Origin: Macrostomum lignano
Taxonomy: Eukaryota
DNA length: 64,000 nucleotides
Direction of reading: 5' to 3'
NCBI GenBank assembly: GCA_002269645.1
Contig: NIVC01002372.1
Coordinates: 115,722 to 179,721 of the forward strand
Positions 22,405 through 34,800 of this stretch are shown here, one piece after another (position 1 is the stretch's first letter; each line of letters begins with the position of its first letter). The translations under genes and the position numbers were made by a program. Below the pieces are notes generated by a model. That model saw nothing but the letters and a program-made list of their open reading frames with translations, searched no databases and was not told where the DNA came from.

Positions 22405-24854
22405 TCTTAATACTAAAACTGGTGCGTTGTTTGTCTGTATGTATGTCAGTTCGATAACTCCTCCTAGAATACTTGCAACTCAGCGTTGAAACTTATATGG
22501 GAAAACTGCAAATTTTCCGAGGATGGCTTTAGGCTATTTTAATCTTTCATTTTCAATTTTTAAGATCCCTAAAAAAGCAGAAAATGGCGGTCTTGACCTT
22601 TAATAATCTTAATTGTCCCCTCTTTCTGCTTGGAGCTGAAAATTTGCATCAATTTTAGTGATTGCGCCATAAAATTTTTCTATCTTGGCAGTGTATTTTC
22701 TCTCAAGTGGGGGGATGGTCGCGTTCTCAGTGGCTGCGTGTGTACACTTGAACCCTGGCTCACTGACTGACTTTATAGACAATTGCGCAACTATTTGTGT
22801 TCTGTTTTTTAACAGGAAGCCCTGTGTATTTTTTGCACAGTGAAATTCAGTGCATTTTAATGCATAAACTTGCGAGCATCTTTAGCAGGCAGTGAACGTA
22901 CACTCGATATTTCAATGCTTAAAATCAGAAAGTTTCAAACACTAACTGTTGCTCGAGTTTTGAACTTAGAGAGGAGAGACTTATATTGCTGGAAAGATCT
23001 TGCTGCAATGAGTTCGGGGATATAAGTTTTTTGCTTTAAATATGAAAATTAAATTCACAGCATTCAAGAAAAGATTTTCATACTTTTAGCTTTCTGCAAA
23101 GATTGTGCTCATTTTGGAGTTCAATGGGGGTTCGACCGACCCCCCAATAGTTGGTGGGGGGGAGTTCAATTTCTAGCTGCACTGCGTATTGGAAGGGGGG
23201 TCGGTTGCTGTGTATTTGAGGGTTGATTTAGATTGCGCAATCTTTTTGTTAACTTTAACTGAGGCTGATACTGACTGCCTGAGAAATAAGTTGCGCAATT
23301 TAATTGGTTCAATGTTTTTACGGCGCCTTTCAACACGCAGCTGTCAACCCTAACCCTAACCCTAACCAATGAATTCTGAGAGCTGGGCTATTTGACGTAG
23401 AAATTTCGATTTAGTCCAGTTTCACGGAGAGGATTTCTATTTCGCGGAGAATATTTCGATGGTGTTCAGTTTCACGGAGAGGATTTCGATAGTGTTCAGT
23501 TTCACGGAGACGATTTCTGTTGCGCGGAGAGGTGTTGGAAAATGGGATTCCGCTGATGGAGTTCAGGGAATGGAATTCCGCTGATTGGAGTTCTTCCCCT
23601 TTCTTCTCCGAAGGAGGAGTTGGCCTCGTCTTAATACTAAAGTTGGTGCGTTGTTTGTCTGTGTGTGTGTGTGTTTGTTGGATAACTCCTCCTAGAATAC
23701 TTGCAAGTCAGCGTTGAAACTTATATGGGAAAACTGCAAATTTTCCGAGGATGGCTTTAGGCTATTTTAATCTTTCATTTTCAATTTTTAAGATCCCTAA
23801 AAAAGCAGAAAATGGCGGTCTTGACCTTTGATAATCTTAATTGTCCCCTCTTTCTGCTTGGAGCTGAAAATTTGCATCAATTTTAGTGATTGCGCCATAA
23901 AATTTTTCTATCTTGGCAGTGTATTTTCTCTCAAGTGGGGGGATGGTCGCGTTCTCAGTGGCTGCGTGTGTACACTTGAACCCTGGCTCACTGACTGACT
24001 TTATAGACAATTGCGCAACTATTTGTGTTCTGTTTTTTAACAGGAAGCCCTGTGTATTTTTTGCACAGTGAAATTCAGTGCATTTTAATGCATAAACTTG
24101 CGAGCATCTTTAGCAGGCAGTGAACGTACACTCGATATTTCAATGCTTAAAATCAGAAAGTTTCAACACTAACTGTTGCTCGAGTTTTGAACTTAGAGAG
24201 GAGAGACTTATATTGCTGGAAAGATCTTGCTGCAATGAGTTCGGGGATATAAGTTTTTTGCTTTAAATATGAAAATTAAATTCACAGCATTCAAGAAAAG
24301 ATTTTCATACTTTTAGCTTTCTGCAAAGATTGTGCTCATTTTGGAGTTCAATGGGGGTTCGACCGACCCCCCAATAGTTGGTGGGGGGGGTTCAATTTCT
24401 AGCTGCACTGCGTATTGGAAGGGGGGTCGGTTGCTGTGTATTTGAGGGTTGATTTAGATTGCGCAATCTTTTTGTTAACTTTAACTGAGGCTGATACTGA
24501 CTGCCTGAGAAATAAGTTGCGCAATTTAATTGGTTCAATGTTTTTACGGCGCCTTTCAACACGCAGCTGTCAACCCTAACCCTAACCCTAACCAATGAAT
24601 TCTGAGAGCTGGGCTATTTGACGTAGAAATTTCGATTTAGTCCAGTTTCACGGAGAGGATTTCTATTTCGCGGAGAATATTTCGATGGTGTTCAGTTTCA
24701 CGGAGAGGATTTCGATAGTGTTCAGTTTCACGGAGACGATTTCTGTTGCGCGGAGAGGTGTTGGAAAATGGGATTCCGCTTATGGAGTTCAGGGAATGGA
24801 ATTCCGCTGATTGGAGTTCTTCCCCTTTCTTCTCCGAAGGAGGAGTTGGCCTCG
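22405..24854 (+). mobile_element. Helitron-like subfamily A, two near-identical ~1.22-kb units without GA tract
   Basis: Units 22405-23628 and 23629-24854; 5' tcttaatactaaa, 3' ggaggagttggcctcg. Confidence 0.85.
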
Positions 24855-27800
24855 TATATACTAAAGTTGACGTGTTGTTTGTCTGTATGTCTGTCTGTGT
24901 GTCTGTCATTTCGACAACTCCTCCTTGAATAGTGCCAACTCAGCGTTGAAACTTATATGGGAAGATTGGAAATTATCCGAGGTCGGCTATAGGCTATTTT
25001 AATTCTGAAATTTTAATTTCTAAGATCCTCAAAAAAGCAGAAAACGGCGGTCTTGACCTTTGATAATCTTAATTGTCCCCTCTTTCTGCTTGGAGCTGAA
25101 AATTTGCATGAATTTTTAGTGATTGCGCCACAACTTTTCCCTATCTCTGCAGTGTATTTTCTCTCCAGTGGGGGATGGGGCGTTCTAAATGGCTGCATGT
25201 GTACAATCGGACCCTGGCTCACCGGCTGACTTTATAGACAATTGCGCAAACATTTGTGTTCTAATTTTCAATAGGCAGCCCTGTGATTTTGTTGAACCTT
25301 GAAATTCAATGCATAAACTTGCGGGCCTCTTTAGCAGGCAGTGAACGTACAATTGATATTTCAATGCTTTAAATCAGAAAGTTTCAAACGCAAACTGTTG
25401 CTCGAGTTTTTAACTTTGAGAGAAAAAATTAATATTGCTGGAAAGAACTTGCAAAGCTGATTTCAGGGATATAAATTGTTTGCTTTAAATATGAAAAGAA
25501 AAAGCACAGCATTGAAAAAACTATTTCCATACTTTTAACTTTCTGCAAAAATTGTACTCAGTTTTGCGAGACGTAATAGATAAAGTTGGGGGGAGAGTTC
25601 AACTTCTCACTGCTGCTGTGTATTGGAGGGTTGATTTAGATTGCGCAATGTTTTTCTTAACTTTAACTGAGACTGATACTGACTGACTGAGAAATCGGTT
25701 GCGCAATCAATTGATTCAATTGGTTAAATTTTTTATTTGAACACGCAGCTGTGTGTAGCTTTAACCCTAACCCTAACCCTAACAATAACTCTAACCAATG
25801 AATCCTGATATTTATTTTTTTTGACGGAGAAAATTTCGATTGAGTCCAGTTTAAAAGAGAGAATTTCGATGGTTTTCAGTTTCACGGAAAGAATTTCGAA
25901 GGAGTCCAGTTTCACGGAGAGGATTTCGATGGTTTTCAGTTGCACGGACAGGATTTCTGCTTCGCGGAGAGGATCTTGATGGATTTGGCATCTTCAATCA
26001 GTCAGAGAAAAGAGTAAAGAGAAGAATGAAAGCAGAAGAGAGATGAGATGATAGAAAACAGAGTAGAAATAAGTGGAGATATTAGACATGACAGATTGGA
26101 GAGAAGAGGGGATTTAGGCGGGAACGAAGAGGGAGAGAGAAGAAAAGAGGAGAGAGGAGAGAAAATAGATTAGGGATAAGAGCGTACAGAGAAAATAGAA
26201 GAGAGGGGAGAGTAGAGGAGAAAGAAAGAGTGAGATGAGGGGATGAGGGATGAGAGAGGAGGGAGACAGGAGAGACAAGAAAGGAGAAAAGAGGGGAGAA
26301 AGGAGAAAGGAGAGAGTAGAGACGAAGGACCAGTTAGAAGATATAAATACGGTAGTAGAGATGAGAGGAGAGATAGGAGAGAGAAGCGAGAGAAGAAGCG
26401 AGAGGAGAAGAGAAAGAGGAGAGAGGAGAGAGATGAAATAGATAAGAGAGTTAAGAGAGGAAAAAAGTGAGGAGAGGAGAGATGAGAGATGCGATAAAAA
26501 GAGATGAGTGAGAACATAAGAGAGAAGAGAGAAGAGATTAGAGAAGAGAGGGGAGAAGATAAAAGGAGCAAGGGGAGGAGAAAAGAGAGAATGGAGAGGA
26601 TAGAAAAGAGAGAAGAGAAGAGACAGGGAAAAGTGGAAAGGAGGAAAGAAAGATTGGAGACAAGTAAGTGGAGTGTGAGAGCGTATATGAGATATGAGAA
26701 ATGAGAGCAGAGAGGAAAGAAAAGAGAAGAGAGAGAGGGTTAAGAGAGACGATAGATAAGTGAATAGGGATGACATATAAAAGAGGAGAGAAGAGGGAGA
26801 GATAAGAGAGAAGAGAGAAGACAGGAGACAGAAGTGAAGAGGAGAGATATGAGAGAAGAGAGGAGACAAGAGACAGGAGAGGGTACAGACGAAAGACGAG
26901 GGAGAAAACATAAATAAGGGAGTACGGGTAGAGATGAGATGAGAGAGAGGAGAGAGAAGAGAGTCACGATAATAGCGAAGAGAGGAGAGAGGAGATATGA
27001 GAGATGTGAGAGTCTTTGAGCTATGGTCTTTGAAAGATTTTGTAAAGAATTTGGAGACGATTTGGAAGATGGGATTCAAGACATGGAATTTCAGTTGATG
27101 GATATTTCAGGGAATAGAATTCCGGTGATGGGAGTTCTTCCCCTTTCTCCTCCGAAGGAGGAGTTCCACTCGTCTATATATACTAAAGTTGACGCGTTGT
27201 TTGTCTGTCTGTCTGTGTGTCTGTCTGTCATTTCGACAACTCCTCCTTGAATAGTGGCAACTCAGCGTTGAAACTTATATGGGAAGATTGGAAATTATCC
27301 GAGGTCGGCTATAGGCTATTTTAATTCTGAAATTTTAATTTCTAAGATCCTCAAAAAAGCAGAAAACGGCGGTCTTGACCTTTGATAATCTTAATTGTCC
27401 CCTCTTTCTGCTTGGAGCTGAAAATTTGCATGAATTTCAAGTGATTGCGCCACAACTTTTCCCTATCTCTGCAGTGTATTTTCTCTCCAGTGGGGGGATG
27501 GGGCGTTCTAAATGGCTGCATGTGTACAATCGGACCCTGGCTCACCGGCTGACTTTATAGACAATTGCGCAAAGATTTGTGTTCTAATTTTCAATAGGCA
27601 GCCCTGTGTTTTGTTGAACCTTGAAATTCAATGCATAAACTTGCGGGCCTCTTTAGCAGGCAGTGAACGTACAATTGATATTTCAATGCTTTAAATCAGA
27701 AAGTTTCAAACGCAAACTGTTGCTCGAGTTTTTAACTTCGAGAGAAAAAATTAATATTGCTAGAAAGAACTTGCAAAGCTGATTTCAGGGATATAAATTG

Positions 27801-30800
27801 TTTGCTTTAAATATGAAAAGAAAAAGCACAGCATTGAAAAAACTATTTCCATACTTTTAACTTTCTGCAAAAATCGTACTCAGTTTTGCGAGACGTAATA
27901 GATAAAGTTGGGGGGAGAGTTCAAATTCTCACTGCTGCTGTGTATTGGAGGGTTGATTTAGATTGCGCAATGTTTTTGTTAACTTTAACTGAGACTGATA
28001 CTGACTGACTGAGAAATCGGTTGCGCAATCAATTGATTCAATTGGTTCAATTTTTTATTTGAACACGCAGCTGTGTGTAGCTTTAACCCTAACCCTAACC
28101 CTAACAATAACCCTAACCAATGAATCCTGATATTTATTTTTTTGACGGAGAAAATTTCGATTGAGTCCAGTTTAAAAGAGAGAATTTCGATGGTTTTCAG
28201 TTGCACGGACAGGATTTCTGCTTCGCGGAGAGGATCTTGATGGATTTGGCATCTTCAATCAGTCAGAGAAAAGAGTAAAGAGAAGAATGAAAGCAGAAGA
28301 GAGATGAGATGATAGAAAACAGAGTAGAAATAAGTGGAGATATTAGACATGACAGATTGGAGAGAAGAGGGGATTTAGGCGGGAACGAAGAGGGAGAGAG
28401 TAGAAAAGAGGAGAGAGGAGAGAAAATAGATTAGGGATAAGAGCGTACAGAGAAAATAGAAGAGAGGGGAGAGTAGAGGAGAAAGAAAGAGTGAGATGAG
28501 GGGATGAGGGATGAGAGAGGAGGGGAGACAGGAGAGACAAGAAAGGAGAAAAGAGGGGAGAAAGGAGAAAGGAGAGAGTAGAGACGAAGGACCAGTTAGA
28601 AGATATAAATACGGTAGTAGAGATGAGAGGAGAGATAGGAGAGAGAAGCGAGAGAAGAAGCGAGAGGAGAAGAGAAAGAGGAGAGAGGAGAGAGATGAAA
28701 TAGATAAGAGAGTTAAGAGAGGAAAAAAGTGAGGAGAGGAGAGATGAGAGATGCGATAAAAAGAGATGAGTGAGAACATAAGAGAGAAGAGAGAAGAGAT
28801 TAGAGAAGAGAGGGGAGAAGATAAAAGGAGCAAGGGGAGGAGAAAAGAGAGAATGGAGAGGATAGAAAAGAGAGAAGAGAAGAGACAGGGAAAAGTGGAA
28901 AGGAGGAAAGAAAGATTGGAGACAAGTAAGTGGAGTGTGAGAGCGTATATGAGATATGAGAAATGAGAGCAGAGAGGAAAGAAAAGAGAAGAGAGAGAGG
29001 GTTAAGAGAGACGATAGATAAGTGAATAGGGATGACATATAAAAGAGGAGAGAAGAGGGAGAGATAAGAGAGAAGAGAGAAGACAGGAGACAGAAGTGAA
29101 GAGGAGAGATATGAGAGAAGAGAGGAGACAAGAGACAGGAGAGGGTACAGACGAAAGACGAGGGATAAAACATAAATAAGGGAGTACGGGTAGAGATGAG
29201 ATGAGACAGAGGAGAGAGAAGAGAGTCACGATAATAGCGAATAGAAGAGAGAGGAGATATGAGAGACGTGAGAGTCTTTGAGCTATGGTCTTTCAAAGAT
29301 TTTGTAAAGAATTTGGAGACGATTTGGAAGATGGGATTCAAGTGGAGTTTCAGCTGATGGATTTCAGGGAATGGAATTCCGGTGATGGGAGTTCTTCCCC
29401 TTTCTCCTCCGAAGGAGGAGTTCCACTCTATATACTAAAGTTGACGTGTTGTTTGTCTGTCTGTCTGTCTGTGTGTCTGTCATTTCGACAACTCCTCCTT
29501 GAATAGTGCCAACTCAGCGTTGAAACTTATATGGGAAGATTGGAAATTATCCGAGGTCGGCTATAGGCTATTTTAATTCTGAAATTTTAATTTCTAAGAT
29601 CCTCAAAAAAGCAGAAAACGGCGGTCTTGACCTTTGATAATCTTAATTGTCCCCTCTTTCTGCTTGGAGCTGAAAATTTGCATGAATTTCAAGTGATTGC
29701 GCCACAACTTTTCCCTATCTATGCAGTGTATTTTCTTTCCAGTGGGGGTGGGAGCGTTCTCAGTGGCTGCGTGTGTACACTTGGACCCTGGCTCACTGGC
29801 TGACTGTATAGATAATTGCGCAATGATATGGCTACTGATAAGTTTTCCTGCCTTTCAATGGGCAGTCCTGTGTATTTGTTGGACATTGAAATTTAATGCA
29901 TCAACTTGCAAGCAGGCAGTGAACGTACACTCGATACTTCAATGCTATAAATCAGACAGTTTCAAACGCTAACTGTTCCTCGAGTTTTAAACTTTGAAAG
30001 AAGAGACTTATATTGCTGGAAAGATCTTGCAACGCTGAGTTCGGGGATATAAATTGTTTGCTTTAAATATAAAGACTAAAAGCACAGCATACAAAAACTA
30101 TTTCCATACTTTTAGCTTTCTGCAAAGATTGTACTCATTTTTAGTTCAATGCCCCCAACACCCGGGTTCAATTTCTAACTGCCACTGCGTATTGAAAAGG
30201 GGCCGGTCTCTGTGTACTGGAGGGTTGATTTAAATTGCGCAATCTTTTTGTTCACTTTACCTGAGACTGATACTGACTGACTTTGAAATCGGTTGCGCTA
30301 TCAATTGATTCAATTGGCTCAATTTTTTATTTAAACACGCAGCTGTGTGTAGCTCTAACCCTAACCCTAACCCTAACAATAACCCTAACCAATGAATCCT
30401 AATATTTTATTCTTTTTGACGGAGAAAATTTCGATTGAGTCCAGTTTTAAAGAGATAATTTCGATGGTTTTCAGTTTCACGGAGAGGATTTCTGTTTCGC
30501 GGAGAGGATTTCAATGGTTTTCAGTTTCACGGAGAGGATTTCTGCTTCGCGGAGAGGATCTTGATAGATTTGGCATCTTCAATCAGTCATAAAAGAGAGT
30601 AAAGAGAAGATCGAAAAGAGAAGAGACATGAGATGGTATAAAACAAAGTAGAAATGAGTGGATAGATTAGACATGACCGATGGAAGAGAAGAGGGGAGTA
30701 AGGCGGAAACGAAGAGGGAGAGAGAAGAGAAGAGGAGAGAGGAGAGAAAATAGATTAGGGATAAAAGCGTACAGAGAAAATAGAAGAGAGGGGAGAGTAG

Positions 30801-31859
30801 ATAGCGGAATGGGCGCCCGCGCCTTCCCGCTGTGTCCCCTCCGGGACAGCCCTGCAGCTAAGGGGAGAGTAGAGGAGAAAGAAAGAGTGAGATGAGGGGA
30901 TGAGGGATGAGAGAGGAGAGGAGACAGGAGAGACAAGAAAAGAGAGGAGGGAGAAAGGAGAAAGGAGAGAGTAGAGACGAAGGACCAGTTAGAAGATATA
31001 AATACGGTAGTAGAGATGAGAGGAGAGATAGGAGAGAGAAGCGAGAGAAGAAGCGAGAGGAGAAGAGAAAGAGGAGAGAGGAGAGAGATGAAATAGATAA
31101 GAGAGTTAAGAGAGGAAAGTAGTGAGGAGAGGAGAGATGAGAGATGCGATGATAAGAGATGAGTGAGAACATAAGAGAGAAGAGAGAAGAGATTAGAGAA
31201 GAGAGGGGAGAAGATAAAAGGAGCAAGGGGAGGAGAAAAGAGAGAATGGAGAGGATAGAAAAGAGAGAAGAGAAGAGACAGGGAAAAGTGGAAAGGAGGA
31301 AAGAAAGATTGGAGACAAGTAAGTGGAGTGTGAGAGCGTATATGAGATATGAGAAATGAGAGCAGAGAGGAAAGAAAAGAGAAGAGAGAGAGGGTTAAGA
31401 GAGACGATAGATAAGTGAATAGGGATGACATATAAAAGAGGAGAGAAGAGGGAGAGATAAGAGAGAAGAGAGAAGACAGGAGACAGAAGTGAAGAGGAGA
31501 GATATGAGAGAAGAGAGGAGACAAGAGACAGGAGAGGGTACAGACGAAAGACGAGGGAGAAAACATAAATAAGGGAGTACGGGTAGAGATGAGATGAGAG
31601 AGAGGAGAGAGAAGAGAGTCACGATAATAGCACAGAGTGGAGAGAGTAGATATGAGAGACGTGAGAGTCTTTGAGCTATGGTCTTTGAAAGGTTTTGTAA
31701 AGAATTTGGAGACGATTTGGAAGATAGGGTTCAAGACATGGAATTTCAGTTGATGGATATTTCAGGGAATAGAATTCCGGTGATGGGAGTTCTTCCCCTT
31801 TCTCCTCCGAAGGAGGAGTTCCACTCTATATACTAAAGTTGACGTGTTGTTTGTCTGTC

Positions 31860-31896
<37 letters not shown>

Positions 31897-34800
31897 GTGT
31901 CATTTCGACAACTCCTCCTTGAATTGTGGCAACTCAGCGTTGAAACTTATATGGGAAGATTGGAAATTATCCGAGGTCGGCTATAGGCTATTTTAATTCT
32001 AAAATTTTTATTTCTAAGATCCTCAAAAAAGCAGAAAACGGCGGTCTTGACCTTTGATAATCTTAATTGTCCCCTCTTTCTGCTTGGAGCTGAAAATTTG
32101 CATGAATTTCAAGTGATTGCGCCACAACTTTTCCCTATCTCTGTAGTGTATTTTCTTTCCAGTGGGGGTGGGAGCGTTCTCAGTGGCTGCGTGTGTACAC
32201 TTGGACCCTGGCTCACTGGCTGACTGTATAGATAATTGCGCAATGATATGGCTACTGATAAGTTTTCCTGCCTTTCAATGGGCAGTCCTGTGTATTTGTT
32301 GGACATTGAAATTCAATGCATCAACTTGCAAGCAGGCAGTGAACGTACACTCGATACTTCAATGCTATAAATCAGACAGTTTCAAACGCTAACTGTTCCT
32401 CGAGTTTTAAACTTTGAAAGAAGAGACTTATATTGCTGGAAAGATCTTGCAACGCTGAGTTCGGGGATATAAATTGTTTGCTTTAAATATGAAAAGAAAA
32501 AGCACAGCATTTGAAAAACTATTTCCATACTTTTAACTTTTTGCAAATATTGTACTCAGTTTTGCGAGACGAAATAGATAAAGTTGGGGGGAGGGTTCAA
32601 CTTCTCACTACTGCTGTGGATTGGAGGGTTGATTTATATTGCGCAATGTTTTTGTTAACTTTAACTGAGACTGATACTGACTGACTGTGAAATCGGTTGC
32701 GACATCAATTTGTTTCATTATCTGTGCCTTTTAATAGGCTGCCCTGTGTAATAGCCGGCCTGTGTAATGAATGAATAAACTTGCGAGCCTCTTTGGCAGG
32801 CAGTGAACGTACACTCGATATTTCAATGCTTTAAAACGGGAACTTTCAAACGCTAACTGCTCTTCGAGTTCTAAACTTTAAGAGAAGAGACTTATACTGC
32901 TGAAAAGATCTTGCAACGCTGAGTTCGAGGATATAAATTGTTTGCTTTAAATATAAAGACTAAAAGCACAGCATACAAAAACTATTTCCATACTTTTAGC
33001 TTTCTGCAAAGATTGTACTCATTTTTAGTTCAATGCCCCCAACACCCGGGTTCAATTTCTAACTGCCACTGCGTATTGAAAAGGGGCCGGTCTCTGTGTA
33101 CTGGAGGGTTGATTTAAATTGCGCAATCTTTTTGTTCACTTTACCTGAGACTGATACTGACTGACTTTGAAATCGGTTGCGCTATCAATTGATTCAATTG
33201 GCTCAATTTTTTATTTAAACACGCAGCTGTGTGTAGCTCTAACCCTAACCCTAACCCTAACAATAACCCTAACCAATGAATCCTAATATTTTATTCTTTT
33301 TGACGGAGAAAATTTCGATTGAGTCCAGTTTTAAAGAGATAATTTCGATGGTTTTCAGTTTCACGGAGAGGATTTCTGTTTCGCGGAGAGGATTTCAATG
33401 GTTTTCAGTTTCACGGAGAGGATTTCTGCTTCGCGGAGAGGATCTTGATAGATTTGGCATCTTCAATCAGTCATAAAAGAGAGTAAAGAGAAGATCGAAA
33501 AGAGAAGAGACATGAGATGGTATAAAACAGAGTAGAAATGAGTGGATAGATTAGACATGACCGATGGAAGAGAAGAGGGGAGTAAGGCGGAAACGAAGAG
33601 GGAGAGAGAAGAGAAGAGGAGAGAGGAGATGAGAGGGGAGATATGAGATAGCAGAGGGAGACAAGAGAGATAATAGGAAAGAGAATAGATGACGGATAAG
33701 AGCGTACAGAGGAAATAGAAGAGAGGGGAGAGTAGAGGAGAAAGAAAGAGTGAGATGAGGGAAGAGATATGAGAGAGGAGATATGAGAGACGTGAGAGTC
33801 TTTGAGCTATGGTCTTTCAAAGGTTTTGTAAAGAATTTGGAGACTATTTGGAAGATGGGATTCAAGTCATGGAGTTTCAGCTGATGGATTTCAGGGAATG
33901 GAATTCCGGTGATGGGAGTTCTTCCCCTTTCTCCTCCGAAGGAGGAGTTCCACTCGTATATACTAAAGTTGACGTGTTGTTTGTCTGTCTGTCTGTGTGT
34001 CTGTCTGTCATTTCGACAACTCCTCCTTGAATAGTGGCAACTCAGCGTTGAAACTTATATGGGAAGATTGGAAATTATCCGAGGTCGGCTATAGGCTATT
34101 TTAATTCTGAAATTTTAATTTCTAAAATCCTCAAAAAAGCAGAAAACTGCTTTTTTGACCCCCAATGACCTTCTTTTGCCACTCTGCCTGGGGCTTCAGC
34201 CAGTTTGTAAAAATAGCCACCCCAACCTCCGCCCGCGGGCCGCTGTGTATTGAGGGGTGGTGGGTGCGCGTGTTCTGCGTTCAATGCAAATAAAACCCCC
34301 CGCGAGTTGAGGGGTTGAGTTAATTTTAATGATTCCCCCGGAACGGGGGGGTTGGGCTTGGACTGAGTGTACATAGCTGTTGTAAACAGATAGAACTGTA
34401 CCGAGATTCAATTGGTTTTATTATCGGCCCTGTGTATTAGCTGGGCAGTGAAATTCAATGAATAAACTTGCGAGCTTCTCTAGCAAGCAGTCAGGAAATC
34501 GGTAAATTTTAAACGCTAACTGTTCCTCGAGTTTTAAACTTTGAGAGGAGAAACTTATATTGCTGGAAAGATCTTGCAACGCTGAGTTCGGGGATATAAG
34601 TTGTTTGCTTTAAATATGAAAAGAAAAAGCACAGCATTTGAAAAACTATTTCCATACTTTTAACTTGCTGCAAAGATTGTACTCAGTTTTGCGAGACGTA
34701 ATAGATAAAGTTGGGGGAGGGTTCAACTTCTCACTGCTGCTGTGTATTGGAGGGTTGATTTAGATTGCGCAATGTTTTTGTTAACTTTAACTGAGACTGA

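Noticed and set aside
23346-23367. True chromosome end or telomere fusion site
   Set aside because: Only 3-5 repeats at a fixed internal position of each unit, all in one orientation.
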